This document shows positions 11,903 to 36,745 of a stretch of DNA of 64,000 nt, piece after piece (position 1 is the first letter of the stretch; each line of letters starts with the position of its first letter). A program made the position numbers and the translations under genes. The stretch is from Gekko japonicus (lineage: Eukaryota). The notes beneath the pieces are model-generated. The model was not told the DNA's origin and did no database searches. It saw only the letters and a list, made by a program, of their open reading frames with translations. The DNA is taken from NCBI RefSeq assembly GCF_001447785.1, contig NW_015164186.1:779781-843780 (forward strand). Direction: 5' to 3'.

Positions 11903-14158
11903 TCCCCCTGCCTTCTTTTGAACTTCATAAACATCATGTTTATAACACATGTATTACTAGTACAAGGAAGATAATGGGCAGAACCCAGCTTAATTGCCCT
12001 TCCTTCCAATGCTGATTACTGTAGAGACGACACACACAAAGCGACTGTCTGTTAATTTATAGTTACTATAATGAATTTACAAAATAAAAATACAGGCAAC
12101 TGTGTTAAATTATTGTACATTGCAGTCCAGAGAGGTGGAGGGATGGGGCGGGGTGTTTGTACTTGCCTCCATTTGGTATAGATTGCTCTCGGTGGTAGAT
12201 AATATGAAGAAGCCAATATACACACACGCTTGGAGGGGCAAGAGCCACTGCCCCTTGAGGGGATACAGTCTCACCCCTTAGCAGGGGGTTCTTTTAAATT
12301 AATGTGTTTTCATTTTTTAAAAAAAATTAACCCTTTCCAGTCCAAGGCTAATTGCTATAATGCACCTAGAGTCAGAAAGGCTAGCATCCCATCCTCTCTG
12401 CTGCTGTATACTTTGGCTACTGTGGAACCCCCTGCTGTATTGCAACCCTGGCGTTACCCAATTCTCTAGTCACCCAGCAGGGTATGGGATGTGTGTTAAA
12501 AAACAGAGAGGCAGATTATGGCCACGGTCATCACTGCGCAAGAAAGCACTACCCAAACTGCCTGGAAGGAAGTGGTTGATATAGGGCACAGAGCTTAGAC
12601 AGGAACAGAGAAAGCACCTCTGTTGCTCCCAACAGCAGAAGGGAAACTCTCTTGCTTAAACAAACTAAGCCAAATGAGCTCCCACAGGGACAACCACAGG
12701 GTTTGCTAACATGTACCTTGTTCATCTTTTAAGTGGAAGGGAGGGGGGAGTTGCCTGTTTAGATCTAAAGTTATGTGGGCAACATGAGCTGAACTTTCCC
12801 CTGCCACTTTATCTGCCCCTGGCTGGCCACACAAACTTGTTTTGGGCCCCTCCCCCACCCTCCCAGTCCAGCTTTGCGAATAAAGTGCCTGACGAGATGG
12901 AGCAGGAGTTGGTAAAGTGGCAGAGGTGTTCAGTCCTTACCAAGCATGGCTGCCACCATCACAACCAGCTTGGCATTAACCAAAGAAGTGCCACTGGTCT
13001 GAGAAACCATTCTCAGAGGAAGGGAAAAGAGGTTGGGGGGGGGGGATTGGTGCCAGGTGTCACAGCCACACTATTTTATCCAACACAGGAATGTCTCAGC
13101 AGTAAAGCACCAGCCTCTGAAACCCTCAAAAAAAGGGGAGGGGGGAGAGACAGAACTAATGCATAAGAAATGTCTGGCTAGGCCCAGCAGCAGTTTTGAA
13201 AGCTACCCAGAGCTTCTCTGACCACCAGAGAAATCTCTAGATCTTACCCCTCCCCCTATGAAATTCACAAGCCTAGACTGACAGCATTAATGTAAACAGC
13301 ATTAGTCCCCTGTGTGGTTAGACCACAGGAAGGAAGAGAACACCTTTGCGCAGCAACCGTAGTGAAGCTTTGATTAAGCACACTGTCCATCAAGGGACTG
13401 GCCCTTTCTCTTTCACTATGATTAGATGGATGGGGGAAGGTGGGGGCTTGTGCTAAGGTAGTTCTTCAGCTGCTGTTGAGAACCTTGGCACCAACAGCAC
13501 TGAAAGGCCCAGAGGCTGGGTCCCACTCATAGGCCAGCTGAAGAATGCTTAGTGTGGCTAGCTGCCTGCCATATAAGCAGGGCCATGTTTAGATGCAACA
13601 GGCTGAGAGAGAGAGAGAGATGCTGGATCTAGGACAACTCCTGTGCTATGGCTTAAGCACTCAATGCAGCTGCCACAGGCAGCCGCATCTACAGATTCAT
13701 TATTCTTTGCCAGATGCAGCCTTCCAAGAATTCTCCATCACACTGAAGCCCATGCAGGCCTCTGTCTCACAGGATATAACAGGCATGAAGCAGCTTTCCT
13801 ACCAGCTGGTACAAAGAGCATCAGTGTTACAGATTACATGGTGCTTTTCCTGTGGAACAGGCCAGGAAGAAGAATGGAGCCTTGAGTTCCTTTCCTGGCT
13901 GGGGCCACTGCCCTCCTCCACCACAGCCAAGGCCTCAAAAATACAGCTGTGCCTCCCACCCAAGGGGCACATGCTAGCAACATGCAGTGGACAGGGCACT
14001 AAGACAGGTAAGCATGAGGCCCAGGAGGAAGGCAGGAATTGGCCCCAACCAACAAGGAGGGAGCAGCCCTGGACAGGAAAGGGTTAAGAGAGAAAAGACA
14101 CAACCTGGATGAGTCGCCCAAGGACACCAGCTGCTTTGCCGCCACCCCCCACCCCACC

Positions 14159-24964
<10,806 letters not shown>

Positions 24965-26802
24965 TCAGAAGAATGTAGAAAATGATAAATAAACTTATTA
25001 AAAAAGAAGAAGAAGAGACAAATGTAGACGCTCCAGTGAAAAGAAAGGACCCACAGCATATACAGCCTCATTCCCCTTTGGTGTTCCACTCAACCACCAG
25101 GTGGTTAAGACACCGTTCAGTTTATGTTTTGTTCCCAGGGATATAACCTGAAGCTGTGCTGGGCTGAGAGGAAGCCTACAAAGCATTTGAAATGTAGACT
25201 TCACACTATCATTCTTTATCCCTTTATTCATGCTACAGCATCACATCACGAACAAGGCCCCATACTAAACATTAAAAAACCTCAGACAAAGCCAATCTAG
25301 TGACATAATCTCATCTTCTACTTTTTGAAAGTAAGGCCCACTGACTGCCAGCATGGGCATAACGTCAGCTGAGCACAGCAGATACAACTGCTGATGCCTC
25401 TCAACTGCTCCACTCTTGACTATTTATACCAGTGAAAAGCCACTACACTAGTTACAAGCAACATTTTTTTGTTTTTTGCTTCCAAGTGCTTGCTTAATAG
25501 ATCTAAGGTGGGACAGTCAGGGAAGAACTTCCTTGTGAAAGGCCTCGGAGAACTGAGCTCAAGACCCACTGCCAGTCAGAGACAACAGAGCTGGACTGGA
25601 CAGATCACTAGCCTGACATCCCCAGAATGACTTACAACGTTCTCCCCTCCTGCATCATATCCTCACAACAACCTGGTTCAAGCCGTTTAAGTTGAGAGAG
25701 AGAATGATTTGGCAGAGTGGAGATTTGAAACTGGGTCTCCCAAACCCACGTCAGACACTCTAACCCCTATGCCATGCTGGCTCCCAAAAGAGTCAGAATC
25801 ACCACCCCATCTGGGAAATATGGGAGCCAAAGCAGACTGCATAGAAAGACATGACTGCCTAGGGCATCAGAACAGCCAACAAGTCAATGATTCATGCCCT
25901 GTCACAAGATCAGCCTTCTTCTAGTTCCCCCGTGCCAGAAATAAAGATCCCCCACTGTTGCAAACTGAGCACTCTCCTCTTCTAGTGAGAGGAAAAGACA
26001 ATTAAATACCACATTCCAAAAGCAAGCCAGCTTTATAAAGCTCTTTGAAAGGAGAGTGATAAAGTGCCCCTCCATAATCAGCAGCTACAGAAGAGCCCTG
26101 TTGTGGACATGCCCTCCTCAGAGGATCAGATATCAGCTTGGCTAACTGGCTTTGCTAGCCTCCGAGATTCTGAGGATGGGCAGCTTCGCTCAGTCCAGTT
26201 ACTAATTATTTCTTTGCAGCATGAATAAGCAAGTCTCTTTCATGGCCACACCCCAGTGATGGGATGGGCCAAAACATGCCAAATCCTACTGCACAGAGAA
26301 CACAGTTAAATGATTGAGACCTTCATGCAAAAGCTCTCAATTCCCCAGAGAATCCATTACCAGACAATGAATACAGTTCTTCTGTTCTTGTACATGCCCC
26401 ATGTTTATTCCAAAATAATCCTGCAAGGGCTGGAGATTCTGCAGACATACTTCTCAACATCTAAATTTTTAGAACTCTGAAGTCACACAGTGAAATATCT
26501 TAAAACACGAAACAGGCTAGAGAACTTACGGTGGATTTGACCATCCTCCAAGGAACCTTCCTCCAACTTAAAGTAGCTCTGCCTCCAACAGAAGGCCTAC
26601 TTAAATTGGAGGACAACCTCAGACTTGAGCCAAAGGGAATAAGCACATTCTCCAATGTTAAGCATATGAAAAATAATGTGGTTCAAAAGGGTATACAATA
26701 TGAAATAGGCTTATTTGATGATAGGTCTGTGTTAAATACTTCAGTTGACTATAGGGTGAATGAAGAGGAATCTCAGTCACCACCAAGTGGGAAACCAGCT
26801 AC

Positions 26803-26864
26803 AGGAAGGAAGGAAGGAAGGAAGGAAGGAAGGAAGGAAGGAAGGAAGGAAGGAAGGAAGGAAG
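26803..26864 (+). repeat. (AGGA)~15 microsatellite
   Basis: Read directly from the sequence. Confidence 0.95.
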
Positions 26865-27159
26865 AATGTTTCGTGTGAAAGAGATCCAAGTTCTAGTCTA
26901 CAAGCAGAAGGGTCTAGGAAGACCTCAGATAAAAGCATAATATTTAATTATTTGAAAAAGGGTGGTCTATGTATCTCCTCCAAAAACAGATTTCCAAGGA
27001 TTCCAAATAACAGTTGGAGAATCATGTTCTTTACAATGCAGAAGGGGCTGAAGATGGCAGTGATTTCGAGAATTCCGAACAAGTCTGAATGGATAAGATA
27101 CTTCAAACAAATTCATTGTTAAATATGAGCAACAGTCACAGAATAACCATCCACTACTC

Positions 27160-27511
27160 GGAGCTGCCGTGGCTCAAGTGGTTAAGATGCTGAACTGCAG
27201 GCTGTGGAAGGCCAGTAGTTCAGCAGTTCGAGACCCAAGTTGCCGCATGACGGAGTGAGCTCCCGTCTCTAGTTCCAGCTCCTGCCAACCTAGCAGTTCG
27301 AAAGCAAGAAATTGCAAGTAGATAAATAGGTACCACGTCAGTGGGAAGGTAACAGTGTTCCGTGCGCCTTGGTGTTTAGTCATGCTGGCCACATGACCAT
27401 GGAAACGTCTTCGGACAGCGCAGGCTCTTCGGCTTTGAAACGGAGATGAGCACCGCAACCCTAGAGTCGGACTCGACTGGCTTTCGAGCAAGGGAACCTT
27501 TACCTTTTTTT
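27160..27511 (+). mobile_element. Sauria SINE
   Basis: tRNA-like head (GTGGCTCAAGTGGTTAAG..GTTCGAGACC) and (ACCTTT)n tail. Confidence 0.85.
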
Positions 27512-30500
27512 AAACAGGACTCCCAAAACTTTGCCACCATTATGCACTGCGACATTCATCCCTGAAGACTTCCATTATCTACACAAATGTCCTTCAAACT
27601 GGAAATATTCACTGACAATATACATGTCTTTGCTAGATTTTGCAAACTTCTTCTTATTCAAGTAATCACACAGAAATTGACAGAAATGTAGCTACAATCA
27701 AAGAACTGAGGATCATGCAAAACAGAGGCGTCGCAATCCTCTCCTGATATAGTCCATAGGGTTTGTCACACTCAGAATTAACACAATGTTTTTATTCTAT
27801 TACCATGGCTTCTTCTACAGATTTTAAATTGCTGCTGTCCTACTGGGGCTTTCGAGGTATTTCTGAACACCTAAAAACAGCTCTTAGCATTAGCAATAGA
27901 ACTATGACCAAAACCTTGTATATGAAGGCCAGCTGGCTGGACAGCTCCAAACACGCAGTTGTCCTACGGCACATTTCAAGGCAAGTTCACACAGCCAGAG
28001 GTTCCAGTGTCACAATCACGTGGCAACAGATTGGTATTAACCAGGCTGAACATGGAAGGAGCCAGAAACAGCTCTAGCATGGCAAGGCAAGAGGGCTACC
28101 TCAAGCAATGAATTCTGCATGCCAGTAAGGACAGCAGAATGGGAAGAATACAGATAAAAAGTCATGGCATATAAGAAATCCACTGGAAGAGGGGGGAAAG
28201 GAAAATTGCATAAGAGAATGAACCAAAGGAAAGCTGGTTGATAAAGAGGGAGGTCCCCTTCCAAAGTGGTTCTCAAAAGAAGCATTTTGCTTAATGTTCT
28301 ATATGGACACATGGCAAAAGTAATGATAATAGTTATTATTGTATGGCACTGTGTGGAGAATAGCCAGGAGATCCTAGGATTGTCTGACAGCCACAAGTTC
28401 TTGCTCTTAGCTTAGTACATGGCGAGTTAGACTTGTTTTAGGGGCAGAGAGAGCTCTGAAAGAACTGTGACTGGCCCAAGGTCACCCAGCTGGTTTCATG
28501 TGGAGGAGTGGGGAATCTAACGCAGTTCTCCAGGTTAGAGTCCTCCACTCATAACCACTACACCAAACTGGCTCTCCTGTGGCAAAAGTACTTTTTATAC
28601 AGTGACCACTCTTATTTCCTGCAAAAAAGATTCCAGTGATCAGGGTCAGTGCTTTCAAATAGACAATGGGATGCTTAATGATTCGCTATCACAAAGCCAT
28701 TAAAACTAAAGAGTGTAGAAATCTTTCTTGTTTATCAAAGTATAACAGTGTTAACATCCAATGTTTTGACAAGGGGTGTTTTTCAAGTGTATACTATCTG
28801 AGATGACCCTGCAATCTGTTCTGAGAGGATCACTGGGAAGGAAAATGGCTGGAGTAAATGTAGCAATCTTGGTCAACATACATCTCTATTCCCTTGACAT
28901 TGGAGAACACATGCTAGGAAGCTGCACCTGGTAGGGTCCCCTCCCCATTAGGATACAGATGTCCAAACAGACACTATTCAACCAGGCAAAGGCAATACAG
29001 ACCTGATTTGTGATGCTAACAGAGGAAAAATGCATTTTCATGCAGGACTGTGTACTCACAAAGTATCTCATGCTACCTATGCAAATCACATATGCCTAGT
29101 CTCCAGTGTGATGTGATTACAGCTAATTTGGACAGAAAACAGCCCGTATAAACAAGGTGCTGTATGAGCGCAAAGTCTGTTAGAGTGTGCTTTTGCTTTG
29201 CCACTATCATGTTTTTAGGTCAAGCCACAACAAACCAGCAGTGAGGTGTAATAACTCTGGTGACAGAGCCTGGAAGTGGGATACCCATTTTTCAACAGTT
29301 GCTCAGGAGCAAAGTAGCAAAAGTAGATGTTTTGACTTTTAATGAGTTGGGCCCTTGTTCCAATTTGAGTTCCCCACATTTGCAAAGGAGCTATTGGTAA
29401 CTGTCTTTTAAAGAGTCACAGGGGCCCAATTCCACTTGCAACTGCAACACAGCAGAAGGGGGGGCTTGCTTTCCCCACTTCATTGTCCCAAGCCAAAATA
29501 TCCCCAGTGCCCCATTTTGGAGGCACACATATATATAGTAGTCCAAAATGGGCCAAATAAGACCCACGGATCCATTCCAGTTCCAGAAAACAGTACAGGG
29601 GAGCAGAATCAGACCCCCACATGTCCTTAAAAGGTAGTTCCCCACAGCTCCTGTATGACTATAGGAAACACGCCATGCCTGGGGAAGCCAAACCCAACTT
29701 GTTAAAAGTCATAATGTCAGCCATGAAGCTCAGGGAGGGGGGTGACCTTGGGAAAGTTGCTCTCTACTTCACCCATTTCACGGGGCTCTTGAGAGGCTAA
29801 AATGCCAGTCTGTGTTTCCTGGAGAAGGAGCACAACTACCGCAAGTAGTAATCATATCCAAGAGAACTGCTACTGCAGTCAACAAGAACAATTAAAGCCT
29901 ATAATTGAGATCAACGTGTGAGGTGTAGTCTGCTATAGAGGTCCATGCTACTCCATAATCCTACACCCAACTACACACCTTAACTGAGTCAAGAGGCTGA
30001 AGAGAAAAACAGGCCTTCCACCTTGACAACTGCCCAACAGGAGGGTACATCCCTTATGTCAAATAGCAACACAAAGAGCCAGCCAGTCAACCACACATTT
30101 TAAGCACCCAAGCAGTCCACGTCTGAGATTTTTCCAGTCCTCTATCCCCTTCTGTTTTACGTGCATGTTTACAAATAATTAACCAAACATGCTAGAGGTG
30201 AGAGCCATGTTAGTATCTGATTACCAAGATCCAAGCCCTGTACAGTCCTGCAGCCCACTGGTTGATCTCAGGCTAGCTGTGAGCATAGATTGAGGCAAAA
30301 ACCAAATGTGCCACCTTGAATGATGGGATAGATGGTTCTGTGATGAGTAAGGATTGCCTTCGGGTAACTAGGCAATGAAGCTTTTGTACATCAGAAAATA
30401 GTGTGTTTACCACTTCTGTCAGGCTACTGATATGCCACAGCAATATGTGTTGGCAGGCAGACAAATTTTAAAAAGTAGTTGTGGCCTAATTTTCTGCACT

Positions 30501-31261
30501 TATTTGCAAGGCTAAAGTAAGCCCCTCACACTGCAAAACCTCACACCCTGCCTTGTTCACATGAAGCAGTACTGCTAGATGTATCGTAGTCAGAGGACTG
30601 CTTTGAATCTGTGGTAAAACAAGGGACATTCAGTATGTTTCCTGGGTTTTCTTTATAAGATTCTGGAGTAAAAGATGAGGCATCTGGCACCCCTGATACT
30701 AGCACACTTACAGCTAGAATGGAAGCAAAAAGTGTTATGTAAGTGCTAAACCCCTCATCACCAAATGTCAATCTGTGCATATATGACATTGCTTAAAACA
30801 GCCATGGAGCATTAAATATGATCCATACTGGGCACCAATAAATAATGTTTAAGGCTACAGTATTAAAAATACTTGAAATAATTACCCCTTAATATAATGC
30901 AGGCTTAAATGCACTAGTGATGCCATGGTAATCCATTAGATTCTACAATGTCAATATCACAGAACCACCAAGATGGACATTACAATCTCCAGATCCTGAT
31001 GAAGTTTTGCAGTGCAATTCTAAAGAGTTACCCGATTCTAAATCCATTAAAGTTAATTATCTCTTTAGGACAACACTGATTAGTCAGGAACTCCTCAAGT
31101 ACCCAGAGCACTTTACAAAATGTCAACAGATATTCAATCCAATAATATAACTCCACAGAAATAGAGAAACAAGACCAATAAGTCTCTAAATACAAGGCAG
31201 TCATTATTTAGGCTACAGTGAATTAAGAAATGACTATACTGTATTAAAATACTCTTGGAGT

Positions 31262-31620
31262 GGGGCTGTTGCTCAGCAACAGGGCATCTGCTTTGCACAC
31301 AGAATGCCTCAGGTCAATCCCTAGCATCTCCAGTTAAAAGGATCAGGTAGTTGGTGATGGGAAAGACCTCTGGCTAAGATCCTGGGGAACTGCAACCAAA
31401 CAGAACAAACAATACAGACCTTGATGGGGAGCCATGTTAGTCTGTCTATAGCAGTAGAAAAGAACAAGAGTCCAGTAGCATCTTAAAGACTAGCAAAATT
31501 TGTGGTAGCGTCTGAGCTTTTGTGAGTTACTGCTCTCTTCTTCAAATACAGCTGTATCTTGCTTTTTTCTACTAATACAGACCTTGGCAGACTAGTGTCC
31601 TGATTTAGTTTAAGGTAGCT
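31262..31620 (+). mobile_element. tRNA-derived SINE interrupted by a Penelope-type mini-element (31424-31573)
   Basis: GGGGCTGTTGCTCAG..AGGTCAATCCC head; 13-bp duplication AATACAGACCTTG at 31411-31423 and 31574-31586. Relatives at about 17812-17925 and 41790-41885 (-). Confidence 0.65.
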
Positions 31621-32399
31621 TCATGAGCAATACATTATAGCCCATAATCATATTTATCAATTTCTTAATGCAGCATTTAAGAAATGTCTACTTATTACAT
31701 ACTAGAATAATAATAATTGATACTTTTTATTATCCCACCGCTAGTATGTTACAGCCCACCTTTCTTCTTGCTTGGTGGCACCCAAGACAACTTGCACTGA
31801 ATTCCCAGGTCTCCCATCCAGACACTAACCAGATCTGCTTTATTTTAGCAAGGTGCGTCTTCCAACCATCATCATCCCTTCCCCGTCATGGCCTGCAGGC
31901 AGCCCACATTACTATTATCACGGCTGTCAGGGATTAATGCGGGAGGAAGGGGGGGGGGATGTTTTAAGCCACTCTGGGTCTCACCTCCCTGTTAGAAAGA
32001 ACCGGGGTGTTTGGGAGGGGGCTCAAAACGATATGAAGCTGCCCCAGAGAAAAGAGCAAAGCCCCACCCCACCCGGCCAGCACGGGGACCAGGCCTAGAC
32101 TCAGCTCAAGGGCCTTGGCATTCTGGCTCTTCTTGGGTTTCTTACAAAGCCCCTAGTGTAAGAGCCACAGGCACCTGGCAAGGTGCTTTCTTAAATACTT
32201 AAATTACAGTCAATCACAGTCAAACAATGCCCCTTCCTCTCCGGCTCTCAAGCAGCCAGGACTCTGCAACAACTCTAATCACTTTCACAGTCCTCCCACA
32301 CAATATCCTCAGCTGAATCCCCACAGCTGAAAGCAAGTAAAAAACACTCACCCCTCTAGCAGCTCTATCTCCTGCTCCTGCTCAGAGCTCAGCTGGGTC

Positions 32400-32770
32400 T
32401 GATCTATACCTCATAGCAAAACTCTCGGATAATCTTATGCATTTTGATAAACTTCCTGCCACTTCTACTTTTGTCTCAGTATGGTTCCCAGTTCTAGAAT
32501 ACCTCACCTCCCAACAGGACATTCCCAAAGTAATGACCAATAGCTTCCATTGTTGCTATTGTTTGTTTGTTCCCAAATATGATATGAACACTTCTAGTTT
32601 ATAGATGGTACCCTGTTGTTAGTATTTCTCTCTTGCACCTTTTGTTGTTACAAGTTTTGTAATGCATGTCAGTTCATTGGTTTTCTGTTCTACCTATGTA
32701 TTGTTCTAGCATGTTGAATGTTTATGCACTTCTGATGTTCATAATTGTAACAAAATTTCAATAAACTTTA
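32400..32770 (+). mobile_element. L1/Tx1-like LINE 3' end
   Basis: FDKLPATSTFVSVWFPVLEYLTSQ resembles the L1 ORF2 C-terminal F..W.P.L.YL motif; followed by a T-rich UTR and AATAAA at about 32760. Confidence 0.5.
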
Positions 32771-33029
32771 TTGTATTAGAGATAGACTCTGAGGTAGATC
32801 AGGTTACTCCTGTGCTTCCAGGAATATGACTCTGCCTTCTACATTTCCTTGGAAATGGACATTACCTTCCTTATCTTGCCCTTCTACAAGAATTTCTCTG
32901 CTGCAGGCCTGTAGCTAACAACTTTTTTCTCAGGGGGCCCATATTTTTCTCAGGGGGCCCACCACCAGTATGTTCCCTCTAAGCTGTGGAGATTTGTGAG
33001 CAAAACTTTTTGTGAGCTACTGCCATTAA

Positions 33030-33930
33030 AGCTTCAGTGCGGCCCGCAGGACAGGAATTAGGAGGGCGACGAGGCGCAGCTCCACCAAAGGCAAGAGGCG
33101 CGGGCAGCCAGGGCATCCTTTTACCGCAGCAGCCCCCCCCCCGAATTCCTGCTTTGCAAGAGATAAATTACCTACGTTCCCAGAAGGGGGTTGCAGCAAG
33201 GCTTGGCCCTTCGCCCTCCCTCTTCCCCCATTCCGAAGCAAAGCCTTCCCCCTTCCCAAAAAAACGCCGGCCCACCCACCCGCCTCGCTCGGCCTCTCTA
33301 GCGAACGGGGCTGTTTCCACCATTTCAGAGCTGCAGACGCAGAGGAAAGGCTTCCTGTCCCAGGCAGGGATTTCCCTCTTTCCCCTTCCATCTCGGGGGC
33401 TGCGAGTGGAGAGTTTCTTCCCCGCGGAGGCAGCCAGCCCTTGGACGGTGGGGGGGTCCAAATCCAGCGGGGCCACCACCGCTGAGCCTGGCCGGGCCGA
33501 AGACTTGCAGCGGGCAACAGCCGCCCCCTCATGCTAGACGCTCAACTGCCGCCGCGGCCTGGCAACCACCACCCAAACCCGCACAACCTAGCTTGCCCTC
33601 CCCCTTTTGCCACGGAGGAGGGCAGGGCCAAACTAGGCATCGCGACACTCAACCAATCGCGTCACACATTGCTTTGTGAGTGACAGCCAGCATCTTCCCA
33701 AGGGAGCCTAGCCAAAGGTGCGACTCGCCATTTGACAGCTATCGCCTATTGGCCCCGCAAGACTTGGGTTCCGTATCAGGCTTAGTGGCGCGAACACTAG
33801 GAGCGAGAAGGAAACGCGGTGATGTCATAGCTCAGCTCTTAAAGGTGCAGAGGCCTCGCTACGAGTCCTGTGAGATACCCAATGGCGTTGCTTGGTTTGG
33901 GGTGATTCCTGGTCAGAGTGAAGCGGCCTT
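33030..33930. promoter_or_regulatory. CpG island, probable ACTR1B promoter / first-exon region
   Basis: CpG-dense. CCAAT boxes at 33653 and 33748 (ATTGG), YY1-like CGCCATTT 33726-33733, RFX-like GGCAACC 33561-33567. It is the only such island between ACTR1B exon 2 and the MARCH5-like promoter. Confidence 0.7.
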
Positions 33931-34635
33931 GCTGCTTTTTAAAATGTTTGGCTTGGGGAACTAAAGAGCTGTATTAGGCAGGGTGAGGCCGCTGATTACA
34001 CTAAATATGCCCCAGTTAAAATGTGTGCTTGTATGACACTGCAGTTTCCGTTTAACTAAGAGGGCTTCTGTAAAGAGTAAGACCATTTCTGGTTAAAACT
34101 GAGATGGGTGGTGTCCCACTAAAGTGGTAGTTCTTCAGAATCCATCCCCCCTCTCTGCTTACCTGCGATCTCCTGATTCTCAAGGTGGAGTGTTAAAAGT
34201 CCCACCTCTCTTACCTTTATTGAAATATTTATAGTCTACGTTTCTTTTGTGGCTCATGGCACCTTAGAATTCCAAATTTAAGGGACTGGGTAAAACTCGG
34301 CTCTAGATTATTTTAAACGGATCCTCATGACTTTTACTCCCCCCCCCCATTAAAAACATACACAGTACAATAAAAACCCAATGAACTCTACCCTCCCAAG
34401 AAGATGCTTGCAACTTGCACCCCATAAAAAGCCGTAGAGAACAGAACAAGCTTGCTGCATTCCCTCAAAGCTTTTAAGGACTGCTTAATATTATGCTTAG
34501 GTGATCCTGGGGGGGAGGGAAATCCCCTTTTAAATGCTATAATTGTGAGCCTAATAGGGTGTTTACATACAAGTTCCAGTGTATTTAGGGGAAGTAAACA
34601 CTGAAAAATAATTATAATTCAGAATGCACCTTTCT

Positions 34636-34978
34636 AAGGAGCTGCGGTGGCTCAAGTGGTTAAGATGCTGAACTGCAGGTTGTGGAAGGTGGGTAGTTCA
34701 GCAGTTCGAGACCTGGGTGCCACATGACGGAGTGAGCTCCCGTCTCTAGTTTCAGCTCCTGCCAACCTAGCAGTTCGAAAGCAAGAAATTGCAAGTAGAT
34801 AAATAGGTACCACTTCAGTGGGAAGGTAACAACGTTCCGTGCGCCTTGGTGTGGCCACATGACCACAGAAACATCTTCGGACAGCGCTGGCTCTTCGGCT
34901 TTGAAACGGAGATGAGCACCGCAACCCTAGAGTCGGATTCGACTGGCTTTCGAGCAAGGGAACCTTTACCTTTACTTT
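34636..34978 (+). mobile_element. Sauria SINE with a 12-bp TSD
   Basis: Near-identical to 27160-27511; TSD ATGCACCTTTCT at 34624-34635 and 34979-34990. Confidence 0.87.
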
Positions 34979-36745
34979 ATGCACCTTTCTGGAACTAAGA
35001 ATTCATAAACACAAAAGAAGCAGATAGGAGTTTTTGTTGGTTTCTAGGAATTCACTTTTCTCTTAGAAATCCCATCTGGGAAGGTGGCAGCCACAACTAG
35101 TAAACAAGGCTGGCTATAGTCCTGCAGGACCCTAAGGGTACAGGGTTGCCAACTAATTCATTTATGATTATTGTATTCCACTTTTCCTACAAGGTGCTCA
35201 GAGCAGTTTAAATGGTTCCCCTTAATTTTACCTTCACAACAGCCCTGTGAGGCACATTTTGCAGAGACGTGGTAACTGTCTCAATGTCATCCAGTAAGGA
35301 TTTGAACCCAGTTCTCCCAGGTCCAGGTTCAACACTGTCTGCTATACCACACTGGCTCTCAAGAATTATTTCAGTGTGTATTTAGCTTGCAATTTATTGT
35401 GACCTTTTATCTTTGCAGTCTGAATGTACAAGAAGAAAGACCCCCATCAAATTAAATATGTGTAGGAATGAAAAGGGAAGCACTAAAATTACCTTTGTTT
35501 GATTTCTGGGAGTGTACTTTGAGGCAACATTAGAATGTTTTCTTTCACTCATGAACTTTGGAGCACACAAAGGTTTTGCCATACTGTTCTAAAAAGAATG
35601 TGGTATTTGCAAACAGTCTGCAATCTCCTCTACCTAGGCTATTCAATTTAAACCATTTCATCTTATGCAACTTAAATGGAACTCAAAACTCAGCTCACAG
35701 CAACCCAGATCCACAGAACAATGCAATGTCTGGAGTACAGATGTGGCTGTCTGTCTGCTCTGCCACACAGCTCAGCAAGTGACCTTCGGTGAGTTACTTA
35801 GCTAACTTCCCTCACCAGATTGTTGTGAAACTAAAATATTTCTTTGCACTCCTGTGGGGAAAGCAGGATGCATGAGATTAAATTCCAGGTGTGTGACCAG
35901 TTATAGTATTTTACAATGAAATCTATTCTGCACTTGCTCAGGGACCCTTGTATTATTGCTTCACATTTTAGAAGCTGGTATTGAAATAGGTTGTTGGGGC
36001 TAAACCCTGACACAAGTCATGAGATGGAGAATTTAAGCCAATTTATGTGGCTGTCAAATTCACAATAGCAAGCAACAAACAGGTACGCTTAAGGGAAAAA
36101 CGATGTGTTAATTAAATAACTTCTCATTTTCTTATGGCATGCACATAGCAAATGATCCTGGCATCTGGCAGATATGTGCAGACACTGCTTAGAGTGTGTG
36201 GAGGGGAGCTAAACAGTCTAGAGTTGCTACCTTTTCTTGCTCATTAATTTGTTTAATTATAACAATTTTGCGTTCATGCTGTTATGACCATTTAAAAATT
36301 AAACAGGAATCTAGTGGCACAGTAAGTTCTAAGACATTTTTATTCCAGCATAAACTTCCATGGATTGGAGCCCACTTTTTCAGATGCTAGGAAGAGTTAA
36401 GATGCTGCAAGTAGACTCACAGAAGGCTCTGATCCCTACAAGTTTATGCTGGAATTAAAATGTGTTAGTCTTTAAGGTTCACAGGATTCTTCCTTCAAAA
36501 CAGTTCCGGCAGCTTCTGACATAGAACTCCCAGCATACTGTCTGGTTAGATTTTTGAACAGCTCCAGATGTATAACCAGGAAATTTCTGAAGAACTGGTA
36601 TTCTGGGTAGGAAGCTGAGATATCACATCTCTGAGAGAACAAATACTGGAACAAACAAAGAAAGGACATGAGGTGATGCATGATCAAAAAACTTGCCTGC
36701 CGTCTCATTAGTGAAGAGATTAATAGTGCAATCAAGCAGAGTTAC

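Noticed and set aside
13593-14087. 164-aa + strand ORF
   Set aside because: Antisense to the ACTR1B 3' UTR, with no homology or splice context.
26531-27122. ORFs with GRKE repeats
   Set aside because: Translation of the (AGGA)n microsatellite.
32924-32960. 20-bp tandem duplication TTTTTCTCAGGGGGCCC
   Set aside because: A small slippage duplication within a transposon-derived patch.
33815-33835. Minus-strand AGC TAT GAC ATC (SYDI) resembling ACTR1B exon 1
   Set aside because: No Met-Glu precedes it, and it continues TAFPSRS* with no QPVVIDN or donor; more likely a CRE-like TGACATCA motif.
36545-36710. Coiled-coil-like peptide IFEQLQMYNQEISEEL..DITSLREQILEQ on +
   Set aside because: In-frame stop, weak splice signals and no recognisable family.
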